Assembly: GCA_052327205.1 (NCBI GenBank)
Contig: CM126212.1
Location: 23,932,001 to 23,996,000 of the forward strand
DNA from: Somniosus microcephalus
Taxonomy: Eukaryota
Length of the DNA stretch: 64,000 bases
Reading direction: 5' to 3'
Shown: positions 24,501 to 36,500 of the stretch, one piece after another
Layout: every line of letters begins with the position of its first letter
Numbering within the stretch: position 1 is the first letter of the stretch
The notes under the pieces: model-generated
The model's database searches: none
Told to the model about the DNA's origin: nothing
The model's input: only the letters and a program-made list of their open reading frames with translations
Position numbers and translations under genes: made by a program

Positions 24501-27500
24501 GGCGATATATGTTCAACTTGGGATGGTGAGTTACTTGGAGGGGAACTTGGAAGTGCTGGTGTTCCCTATTGCTCTTCTAGGTAGCAGAGGTCACGGGTTA
24601 GGGAGGTGCTGCTTAGCAATACCATAGGGATACTAAATAAAAAGAAAAAAGAAAGACTTGCATTTCTATGGCGCCTTTCACGACCACCGGACATCCCAAA
24701 GCACTTTACAGCCAATGAAGTACTTTGTGAAGTGTAGTCACTGTTGTAATGTAGAAAATGCAGCAGCCAATTTGCGCCCAGCAAGTGCCCACAAACAGCA
24801 ATGTGATAATGACCAGATAATCTGTTTTAGTGATGTTGATTAGCAACAAAGCCAATAATATTGATATTTTCCTTGCATTTACAGTGAAAGACAAATTGTT
24901 TGCATTATAATAGTATGAATTTTTCTTTAAACTTTATTCTCAAAGTATACGCTTTAGAAAACATTCAGGTTTATCTATGAAACTTACCGAGACCAGCTCT
25001 TCATATTGTGTTATTTTCTTTTTTTTAAAACATTTCAGGTTGGATTATGTGGCTACCTGTCTTTCACTGAAGCTGCACCAGGAGACATCCTTGCTGCTTT
25101 ACCCCCCAGCTTTGTAACACATGGTATACGTGTTATATTTTTGTTCTCCCTCACATCGAGCTTCCCACTGATTGTTTTACCCTGTCGACAAGCCATTAAC
25201 ACACTCTTTTTCGAACAACAGGTTAGTTTATTTATCAACCAGAGGAACAATGTTTACCATTAACAGCTAGACATCTAGTTACAAGAAAAGGGAAGGCCGA
25301 GGGCTGATCTAGCAAAGGACGACTAAAAAAATAATAGAGAGAAGATGAATTATGAGAGTAAACAGGCAAGAAACATTAAAACAGATAGTAAGAGCTTCTA
25401 CAGGTGTATAAAAAGGAAGAGAGTAGCTAAAGTAAATGTTGGTCCCTTAGAGGATGAGACTGGGGAATTAATAATGGGGAACGGGGAAATGGCAGAGACT
25501 CTGAACAAATATTTTGTATGTCTTCACGGTAGAAGACACTAACAACATCCCAATAATGGATAATCAAGCGGCCACAGGGAGGGGGGAACTAAAGACAATC
25601 ACTATCACTAAGGAAATAGTACTTGGTAAAATAATGGGACTAAAAGACGACAAGTCCCCTGGACCAGATGGCCTGCATCCCAGGGTCCTAAAAGAAGTGG
25701 CTGCAGAGATTGTAGATGCATTGGTTGCAATATACCAAAATTCCCTGGACTCTGGAAAGGTCCCAGTGGATTGGAAAACCGCAAATGTAACACCCCTATT
25801 TAAGAAAGGAGGGAGACAAAAAGCAGGAAACTATAGATCAGTTAGCCTAACATCTGTCGTTGGGAAAATGCTGGAGTCCTTCATTAAGGAAGCAGTAGCA
25901 GGGCATTTGGAAAATCATAATGCAGTCAAGCAGAGTCCGCATGGTTTTATGAAAGGGAAATCATGTTTAACAAACTTGCTGGAGTTCTTTGAGGAGGTAA
26001 CGAGCAGGGTGGACAAAGGTGAACCAGTGGATGTGGTGTATTTAGATTTCCAGAAGGCATTTGATAAGGTGCCACATAAAAGGTTACTGCATAAGATAAG
26101 AGCTCACAGAATTGGGGGTAATATATTAGCATGGATAGAGACTTGGCTAACTAACAGAAAGCAGGGTTATTTTCCAGTTGGTAAACGGTAACTAGTGGGG
26201 TGGCACAGGGATTGGTGCTGGGGCCTCAACTATTTACAATCTACATTAATGAATTGGATGAAGGGACCGAGTGTAATGTAGCCAAGTTTGCGGATGATAC
26301 AAAGATGGGTGGGAAAGCAAGTTGTGCAGAGGACTCAAAAAACCTGCAAAGGGATATAGACAGGCTAAATGAGTGGGCAAACATTTGGCAGATGGAGTAT
26401 AATGTGGGAAAGTGTGAGGTTATACACTTTGGCAGGAAAAAAAAAAGCAAATTATTATTTAAATGGAGGGAGATTACAAAATGCTACAGTTCAGAGGGAT
26501 CTGGGGGTCCTTGTGCATGAAACACAAAAAGTTAGCATGCAGGTACAGCAAGTAATCAAAAAGGCAAATAGAATGTTGGCCTTTATTTCAAAGGGGTTAG
26601 AGTATAAAAGCAGAGAAGTCCTGCTACAACTGTACAGGGTATTGGTGAGACCACACCTTGAATACTACGTACAGTTTTGGTCTCCTTATTTAAGGAAGGA
26701 TATACTTACATTGGAGGCAGTTCAGAGACGATTCACGCGGTTAATTCCAGAGATGAGGGGGTTGATGTATGAGGAAAGGTTATGCAGGTTGGGCCTATGC
26801 TCATTGAAATTTAGAAGAATGAGAGGTGATCTTATTGAAACATATAAGATACTGAGGGGGTTCGACAAGGTAGATGCAGAGAGGATGTTTCCCCTCGTGG
26901 GGAAATCTAGAACTCGGGGGCACAGTTTCAGAATAAAGGGTCGCCCTTTTAGAACTGAGATGAGGAGGAATTTCTTCTCTGAGGGTCGTAAATCTGTGGA
27001 ATTCTCTGCCCCAGAGAGCCGTGGAGGCTGGGTCATTAAATATATTTAAGGTGGAGATAGACAAATTTTTGCAAGATAAGGGAGTGAAGGGTTATGGGGA
27101 GTGGGCAGGGAAGTGGCTTTGAGCCCAAGATCAGCCGTGATCTTATTAAATGGCGGAGCAGGCTCGAGGGTCCAAGTGGCCTATTCCTGCTCCTATTTCT
27201 TATGTTCTTATTATCTAATAGAGGTCTTTAAAATTATGAAGGGATTTGATAGGGTAGACGTAGAGAAGATGTTTTCAGTTGTGCGGGGTGGGGGGGGGGG
27301 GCGGGTGTGGGGGGGAGTCCAAAACTAGGGGCCATAAATATAGGATAGTCACTAATAAATCCAATAAGGAATTCAGGAGAAACTTCTTTACACGGAGAGT
27401 GGTGAGAATGTGGAACTCACTACCACAGGGAGTGGTTGAGGTGAATAGTGTAGATGTATTTAAGGGGAAGCTAGATAATAACATGAGGGAGAAAGGAATA

Positions 27501-30500
27501 GAAGGATATGCTGATAGGGTGAGATGACGTAAGGTCGGAGGAGGCTCGCGAGGAGCATAAACACCATCACTGACCAGTTGGCAGGAACGGCCTGTTTCTG
27601 TAAATTCTATGTAACTCCAAGTACTCCTGCTCGCGCATTGTTACCTCTGGGGTCCCCCGAGGATCTATCCTTGGCCCCTCCTATTTCTTATCTACACGCT
27701 GCTCCTTGGCGACATCATCACAGCATCAGTTTCCACATGTACGCTGACGACACCCAGCTCTACCTCAGCGCCACTTCTCTCGATCCCCTCCACGGTCTCT
27801 AAATTGACACACTGCTTGTCCGACATCCAGTTCTGGATGAGCAGAAATTTTCCCCAATTAAATATTGGGAAGACCGAAGCCATTATTTTCGGTCCCCGTC
27901 ACGAACTCCGTTCCCTAGCCACTGACTCCATCCCGCTCCCTAACATCTGTCTGAGGTTGAAACACACTGTTTGCAACCTTGGTGTCATATGTAACCCTGA
28001 AATGAGCTTCCGACCACATATCTGCAGCATAACTAAGACCGCCCATTTCCACCTCCGTAACATCGCCCGTCTCCGCCCTCAGCTCATCCACTGCTGAAAC
28101 CCTCATCCATGCCTTTGTTACCTCTAGACTTGACTATTCCAACACACTCCTGGCTGGCCTCCCACGTTCTACCCTACGTAAACTTGAGGTCATTCAAAAT
28201 TCGGCTGCCCGTGTCCTAACTCGCACCAGGTTCCGTTCGCCCATCACCCCTGTACTCGCTAGCCTATATTGGCTCCCGGTTAAGCAGCGCCTCGATTTCA
28301 AAATTCTCATCCTTGTTTTCAAATCCCTCCATGGCCTCGCCCCTTCCTATCTCTGTAATCTCCTCCAGCCCCACAACCCCCCGAGATATCTGTGCTCCTC
28401 TAAGTCTGCCCTCTTGAGGATCCCTGATTATAATCACTCAACCATTGGTGGCCGTGCCTTCTGTTGCCGAGGCCCGAAGCTCTGGAATTCCCTCCCTAAA
28501 CCTCTCCACCTCGCTGCCTCTCTTTCCCTCCTTTAAGACACTCCTTAAAACCTACCTCTTTGACCAAGCTTTTGGCCACCTGGTGTGATATCTCCTTATG
28601 TGTCAAATTTTTTGTCTTATAATACTCCAGTGCAGCGCCTTGGGATGTTTTACTATGTTAAAGGCACTATATAAATACAAGTTGTTGTTGTTGTAGTAGT
28701 ATTTTTGCTGCTTTTGGTGCAGGATTGTATCAGGTGGTGATGGAGTACAAGTACGCAACTTTCAACTTCCAAGGGGGCTTGTAACCAATGGTATCAGATT
28801 GGCCGCCCATTATACACCCAGCCCAATTATCGTTTCCATTGGCTTCAGTTTTCTACCGATGATTTCAACTCCTGTTTACAGCAACAGAGCAGTTTCCAGG
28901 AGCAGGTTGAGGCTGCAGGTATACTATAGCTGTAGTGTCTGGTTCAAAGTGGTTTCATTTCACACCAATGCTAAAGTTGTAGGCCTGAGAGTTTTTGGAT
29001 GATTACAAAACTGACCCCGGCCGCCCCAGGCCAAAAAGGCACGCTTCCACCGATTGCGCCCATTCGGGGGCGTTCGTCACATTGCGCCCAGAAGCTCGGG
29101 CACACAGGCGCCCTTGGTCACGTGAATCCGGCGTTAATTGCCTGACCAGCCGTGACCAATAGTTAATAGAAGCCATAGGTCTTCCCTGCTGCTGCAGCGA
29201 TCATCGACCAGTTTAAACAGAGAGAAAAGTGCTGGTTACCTTGTGGTCTTCATCCTCACTCTGAAGTGGAATTATTTTCCCCTTACCTTTTACACGACCC
29301 TAGCCTAGTATCTTGAGACCCCGTTGGCCCTGTTCCAGTCACAGCGTTCAATGACGCTGCTCGATCGCGCTGATTCACGGGAGGTTTTACGATCAGGCTC
29401 GCGCTAAAGAGTTTGCGCGAAAACTTGGGCGTAACTTCACCTCGGCAAAACCACCGCAGTTTCGGGCGCTTTCTTGCCGCAATTTGCCAATTGTGCCCCT
29501 AACGGAAACTCCAGGCCACAGTGTCACACCAGAGTCAGGACCCATCTCTGAGTGAAGCAGATACTACAGTTGTAAGTGGAGTCTCTGATGAACCATACCA
29601 CAGCATTATGGTATAATGCACTGGAAACCATGAGATGGCCACCATATCTCCTCTCAACTTCAAAAGACCATACCGTCAGACTATTGCGCTCAGGCTAAAG
29701 CTAATGCATTTACTTACAAGTAAGATCATTACACAGATGCAGTAAACCATAAGGAGAAAATCAATCCACAAGAAATTGAAATATTTTTAGAATGTATTGC
29801 TTACACTGTCAGATAATCAGTAAAGCTCCAATCTTAACCCAGCCCACTAGGTGAGAACAGGGCGGGTTCGGGACAAAAGCCTGATTTACATCCCGCTCGA
29901 TTTCCGGCTCCATTGAAGTGCAGTCGGGCGGGGTGCAGACCGGGCGTTCAATCGAACGCGCCACGTTCTCGTCAGGTGGGTTAGCTTAAAAACGGGAGCT
30001 CAAGACTTTGAGGAAAGAGTCTTTTGTAGACTCCCCAATGTGACTCCCCCGTGCATTTAAGGGGAAGCTAGATAAGTGCATGAGGGCGAAAAGAAAAGAG
30101 GAATATCTTGATAGGAGTGAGATGAAGGGGGGTGGGAGGAGATTGGTGTGGAGCATAAACACCGGCACTGACCAGTTGGGCTGAATGGCCTGTTTCTGTG
30201 CTATAAACTACGTAATTCTATGGCGTTTTTATGCATGCGAGCCAATATATCCTATCCACCACACAGAGCCCAGCTCTCCCTTTAGACGCAATTGAAACTG
30301 AACTAAAGATATTGAGAACTGAACAAAGGGTGAGTGGCTATGGCAGTAGCTTTATGCTTCAAAAAAAAAAATTAGAGGCCTAATTTTAACCTAAGCCTCC
30401 CCAAATCAGAACTGTTATGACAGTATTCCAATCACATGATACCAAACAACAATCCTCTTTCCTGGAATAAAGTGCCCACCAGACTCTGTACAAACTACCC

Positions 30501-33500
30501 TGTAATAGACCAACTGATCCAAAGTTTTCAACTAAGTTTGCCTGATGGCTCAGTTGGTAAAAGCACCTTTTAAATATGCATCTGTGCCAGACAGATTTAG
30601 GATGCTCCCAGGTTCAGGGCAGCGGTGGAAACATTTACAATTGGCCTCAGCGCCCCTGGCCGCGAGAAGGCAAGGGAAGCAATGGTTCCTGCTCCTGGTT
30701 GTTATCCAGTACCCCAACCAGAAAGTCTCAGGGGGGGTGGGCAATATTAACCCCCAAAAACGGGCGGGTTTGGGTCGGGTGGGAGGTTAAATTGTTAAAA
30801 ATCTAAATCCCGACCACAACTCGACTCTAACCCGCCCACTTTCAGTTTTAACGGAGGTGGAATGGAGGGAGGGGTTTGGTAACCAACCCGCTCCCAGGAG
30901 GTAGGTTGGCAATTTATATATTAGAATGAGTCTGCGTACCTCATATTTATCCACCATTTCAAATGTAACTCTGTCCGGCCGGGTTTCCCCAGCTCCGGTC
31001 CCTCAGGCCTCTGACCTTTGACCTCCCCACCCCCAGCTTCTGATCCCTCCCTCCCTCCTCTCTGCTCCCCGGGCTGCGGCCTGGTGCCAAAGGCCTCACC
31101 TTTTGTTGGATGAGGAGAGGATTGGGCTTGGCTCTGATGTCACCCCCCCACCTAACCCGGAAGTACTCTTGCTCAGGCTTGTACACCATGAAAGGCCATT
31201 GAGCAAGATGCTGGAGGGCGTGAGTATCTGTGGAACTCTACCCTCGCTAAAGTAATCTTCAAGAGGGGGCAGGGAAAAAAGAAAGGTGGAGGAATCTTCA
31301 ATTGAACGCCCAGCTAGTTACCCCTCCTTAACCACATTTGTATTGAGGTTGTGGATATGGATTACATTTTAAATCCAGGCAGAGCAATAAGGAAAACATG
31401 GGGCCCATCAGCATCTGAGAAGATAAGTGATTGGTTAAACCCCTCCCTGACCCTTCCACCTCTTCCCCTCTCTCTCCTCCTTTAAACTGCTCCTACCTCT
31501 TTGATTGAGGTTTTGGTCACCTGTCCTAATATCTCGTTATGTGGGTCGGTGTCAAATTTTGTCTTATAACGTTCCTGTGAAGCGCCTTGGGACATTTTAC
31601 TACGTCAAAGGCGCTATATAAATACAAGTTGTTGTTGTTGTTATTACCAGATAATGAAAACAAGAGTTCTGATAAAGGGTTATACCCAAAACCTTACCTG
31701 CCTTTAATCATTACAGATAGAAGTGGTTTGCTCTGTATTTCCCGCATTATCTGCTTTATGTTTCTGTTAAAGATAGGCTAACATTTTTGTGTGGAAAACC
31801 TTAGCTGAATGAGGATGAGTACAGACTGAAATATTTCACTTCAAAACCAGGCCGACTGTGACACTTGATTGACTGGTGGCTCACGGCCTGTGTTATTTGT
31901 ATGTGGTGCGAGAATTAGGCGGACATGGGCCGACTCCAAATCAACTTTGGTGTGAGATAGAATGGGCCAGGGATGAAAATAAATCTTTACTTAAAGCAAA
32001 GTACCCCAGGTAGTGAAGGTGGCAAAGTGATTGAGAACTTCAGGTACATGGATTCAATACACGACTTCTAACTAATATGTATTGGAGCTCAAAAAATAAA
32101 GTGAAATGTTTGATGCATATTCAACAATGAAAAGATAGATGGTAGAAATAGGCATGAGCAAGGTCATAGCTGCAGAGAATCAAATTGACATTTATGGATT
32201 GGAATTAATGAGAAAGTATCCAATTGAAATGGCAACTGCATAGACCAAATAGATACCGAAAATATAAAATGGTTGATATCATTGGAACGTCCAAGGTCTT
32301 TGCAAAATAAAATTATACATTTAAAAAGGTACCGTATTGCCCGTGTTGGGAAGTGATGTAACCCGTTAGCCTAAGCTGTTAAAAGGATACGATGAAAGAT
32401 GATTATATTCAGACTGCATCCCACATGTGAGATGGGACGAACATCCTATTGTCTGTGCTGAGGAGAACTCACTCCATGTCTCAGAGATTGTACGTGCTGT
32501 GTCTTATTCATTTCCTGAATGCGCTTGAAAAATTGTAAAAACTTTGGCAACAAAAGGTGGTCGGTAATCACTGATGTATTCTTTACCTATTTAACAGAAA
32601 GAAGATGGCACGTTCTCAGTGAGTGGTGATATGCCCTTTCATCAGCATGTGAAAGCTACAGTGTTAATAGTTTACAGCACCATGATCGTGGGCGTCCTGG
32701 TACCAGATGGTAAGTACTACTGTAGTGTGTGAGCTGGAACCAACAGTACAAGAGTGAAATTATTTGTTTGCTCCTTCTTTGTTTGTACATTATTTTCCTG
32801 AATCCTTGGCCCAACAACGTTAAGGTAGGGTGGGGTAAGGCCACGGAGAGAACTAAAGGCTGAGACAGGATTTTCGAAAAATTGACACTGGAGTATGGGG
32901 AGCTAGTGGATCATGGGGGGGGAACAGGGTGTGATGGGAATTTGGGGCTTAGTGCAGCAAGGACTTAGGCTGAGGCATTTTGGATACGTTGGAAGTTGTG
33001 AGGTTGATGTGGGGAAGGAAGGTAGACGGGCAGTGGACAGGTCAAGCATGGAGGTGATGAAGGCACGACTAGGGTTTCAGAGGCAAAGGCAGACAATATT
33101 GTAGGTGGAAGAAAGCCCCTTTGGTAATGGAATGGAAGTGGGATGGAAACTGAACCTAGGCTTGAGCAAAACGCCAAGATGCTGAGGTGGTTCTGCAAGC
33201 ATAGTGGCAGCAGCTATTGCAGCAACGTACTGTTTGTGTCGAGTCAGGGAAGAGCAGAAGCAAGGAGACAGCAGTGACTTTGAGATGGACAGCAGAAGAG
33301 AGGCTTCTATTATGGAAGGCAATTTCAGCTTTTCAATATCCCCGCATTGAACCTCAAAGGGTAGAAGAGGTTTGCCGCAGCCAGCAAGTATCATGTGTTT
33401 CACATCTGGTCGATGTTTGATAGCTGGGTGTGATTGGGGAAAGATTGATTTCCTTTGTTCCCGGTCGAACTTTGAAGGGGATGTAAAGCACTGATAAGGT

Positions 33501-36500
33501 TCCTCACAAGAGCGTATTAGCAGAAATAAGAGCAAACGGAATTGGGTCGATAATTGAGTGGGAGGCAGGAGATAGAGAGTCGGGATAAAGGATTTGTTCT
33601 CAGCTTTTCACCATACATATTAGTGGCTTAGATGAAGGAACAGAGTTGTATATCCCATGTTTGCAGATGTCACTAAGTTAGGAGGCACAATAAGTTACGT
33701 GGATAGGTGGAAGAGGCCTATTGTAGGTGGAAGAAAGCGCTTTTGGTAATGGAATGGATGCGGGAAGAAAGCTGAACTTGGGCTTGAGCAAAATGCCAGG
33801 ATGCTGAGGTGGTTCTGCAAACAGTGGCAGCAGCCGGGGATATTGAAAAGCTGAAATTGCCTTCCATAGTAGAAGCCACTCTCTCTTCTGCCGTCCATCT
33901 CATAGTCACTGCTGTCTCCTGGTTCTGCTCTTACCTGACTCAATAAGAAGTTATAAAAGGGCCAACATCCCCAGCATCGAAGCTCTGACCACGCTCGATC
34001 AGCTCCGATGGACGGTCCACATCGTCCGCATGCCCGATACGAGACTCCCAAAACAAGCGCTCTACTCGGAGCTCCGACACGGCAAGAGAGCCCCAGGTGG
34101 GCAGAGGAAACGCTTCAAGGACACCCTCAAAGCCTCCTTGAAAAAGCGCAACATCCCCACCGACACCTGGGAAGCCCTGGCCCAAGACCGCACAAAGTGG
34201 AGGAGAAGCACCCGGCAAGGCGCCGAACACCTCGAGTCTCTTAGCCTAAGCCATGATCTGGTGGTGTGTGTTGTATCGCTTTCCAAAGTGAGGGAGATCA
34301 CGAGACAGCTTGTGCCATATCTAGTAAATTTAGTACAGTAACAGGGCTTTCTGTTCAACCCTAAGACAACACTGCAATACCAAATATTGTGCCTGTAAGG
34401 CTATACTTTGGTCCATAAGGAGTGAAAGCTCGCTAGTGGGAGTGGGTCATGATCCTGAGCATAAGAGAAATATAGCAAAAGGACCAGAGGGGGGGGATGA
34501 GGAAAATTGTTTTTTTACGCAGCGAGTTATGATCTCACAGAATCACAGAAACCCCACAGTGCAGATAGAGGCCATTTCGGCCCATCGAGCCTGCACCGAC
34601 ACATATCCCACCCGATCCCCGTAACCCCACGTATTTAATCCCCCTAACACTAAGGGTCAATTTATCATAGCCAATCAACCTAACCCACACATCTTTGGAC
34701 TGTGGGAGGAAACCGGAGCACCCGGAGGAAACCCACGCAAACACGGGGAGAATGTGCAAACTCCACACAGACAGTCACCCGAGGCCGGATTCGAACCCGG
34801 GTCCCTGGCGCTGTGAGGCAACAGTGCTAACCACTATGCCACCGTGTGAGGTTGATGTGGGGAAGGAAGGTAGAAGGGCAGTGGACAGGTCAAGCATGGA
34901 GGTGATGAAGGCACGACTAGGGTTTCAGAGGCAAAAGCAGACAGTATTGTAGGTGGAAGAAAGCCCTTTTGGTAATGGAATGGATGTGGGATGGAAACTG
35001 AACCTAGGCTTGAGCAAAACGCCAAGATGCTGAGGTGGTTCTGCAAGCATAGTGGCAGCAGCTATTGCAGCAACGTACTGTTTGTGTCAAGTCAGGGAAG
35101 AGCAGAGGCAAGGAGACAGCAGTGACTTTGAGATGGACAGCAGAAGAGAGGCTTCTACTATGGAAGGCAATTTCAGCTTTTCAATATCCCCGCATTGAAC
35201 CTCAAAGGGTAGAAGAGGTTTGCCGCAGCCAGCAAGTATCATGTGTTTCACATCTGGTAGCTGGGTGTGATTGGGGAAAGATTGATTTCCTTTGTTCCTG
35301 GTCGAACTTTGAAGGGGATGTAAAGCACTGATAAGGTTCCTCACAAGAGCGTATTAGCAGAAATAAGAGCAAACGGAATTGGGTCGATAATTGAGTGGGA
35401 GGCAGTGCCACCGCACCGATCTGGAACGCACTCCCTGAAAGGGTGGTGGAAACAGATTCAATGGTAACTTTCAAAAGGGAATTGGATATATACGTAAAGG
35501 GGGATAATTTGCAGTGCAGGGGAAGAGCAGGGGAGTGGGACTAATTGGATCGCTCTATCAAAGAGCCGGCACAGGCACGATGGGCCAAATGGCCTCCCTC
35601 CGTGCTGTATGATTCTAGTAAAATCCGAACACGTAACAATGACCATCTCTTTTCCTTCTTGCAATGCACTGTATTCTGCCAATGTGCTGTAAGTGCAGTG
35701 CATAAAGCTTGATATATGCCAGAAGTAAATGGAAGACCGAGGACAAGTGCAATCTTGACCCCTCGCACCCCAGCTAGATTTCTAGCCATTCCCCTGATTG
35801 TGGCATGTGTTTGGTCTTTCAGTGCAGACTGTGTTAGGAATAATGGGAACCACCATGGGGAGCATCATCTGCTTCATTTGTCCTTCTGCGATCCATGCAA
35901 AACTACGTAAAGATACTTTCACAGGACGAGTAAGTATAGCCTTATTTCCATCAGTTATGTTCTAAACTTAATAGTCAAAGTAAGTCATTTCCCACTTCGC
36001 ATTCAACAGTGCAGAGTCACAGATTCCACCTTCACACCTCAAACCATGGACTTCACTTCTGCAGAGCTGGGTTTTTTTGAGGTTGAAGGGGTAGATTTTC
36101 TTCTCCAGACACCCAGCGGTGTCCTGAGGTGTGTTGTGCCGAAGAGGAAAAGGGTGCACTGCAGTTTTATCTCAATGCGGGGGAGCTCCTGGGGCAGGCC
36201 CAGCTGAGAAACGGGGGTGGAATTGTAAGCACGGCTGTGTATCGGGTGTCCAAGATCAGGATCTACTGACTGCTGATGGAGGTCAGTTATCTGCAAGTTC
36301 GTACTCATGTCAGACGACTACTGTACTACAATTTATAAGCTGATCGGGAGAGATGAAATAAGGTGGGAGGAGGTTCGTGTGGAGCAGAAACACCGGTGTG
36401 GACCTGTTAGGCTGATTGGCCTGTTTCTGTGCTGTACGTACTATGTAATATAATGCTTCCGTGTAACCAAATGGTCCAAGATGTTCTACAGGACAGGTGA

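Larger units (their letters stand above)
32997..35405. repeat. Local duplication of about 560-570 bp (32997-33568 and 34845-35405) plus a partial, partly inverted third copy (about 33718-33943)
   Basis: The copies are near-identical by direct comparison, and the ORF track shows duplicated peptides (33217-33420 vs 35065-35331). Confidence 0.9.

Noticed and set aside
34770-34845. tRNA gene-like sequence (also 23596-23670)
   Set aside because: These are tRNA-derived heads of SINEs, continuous with SINE body and tail.
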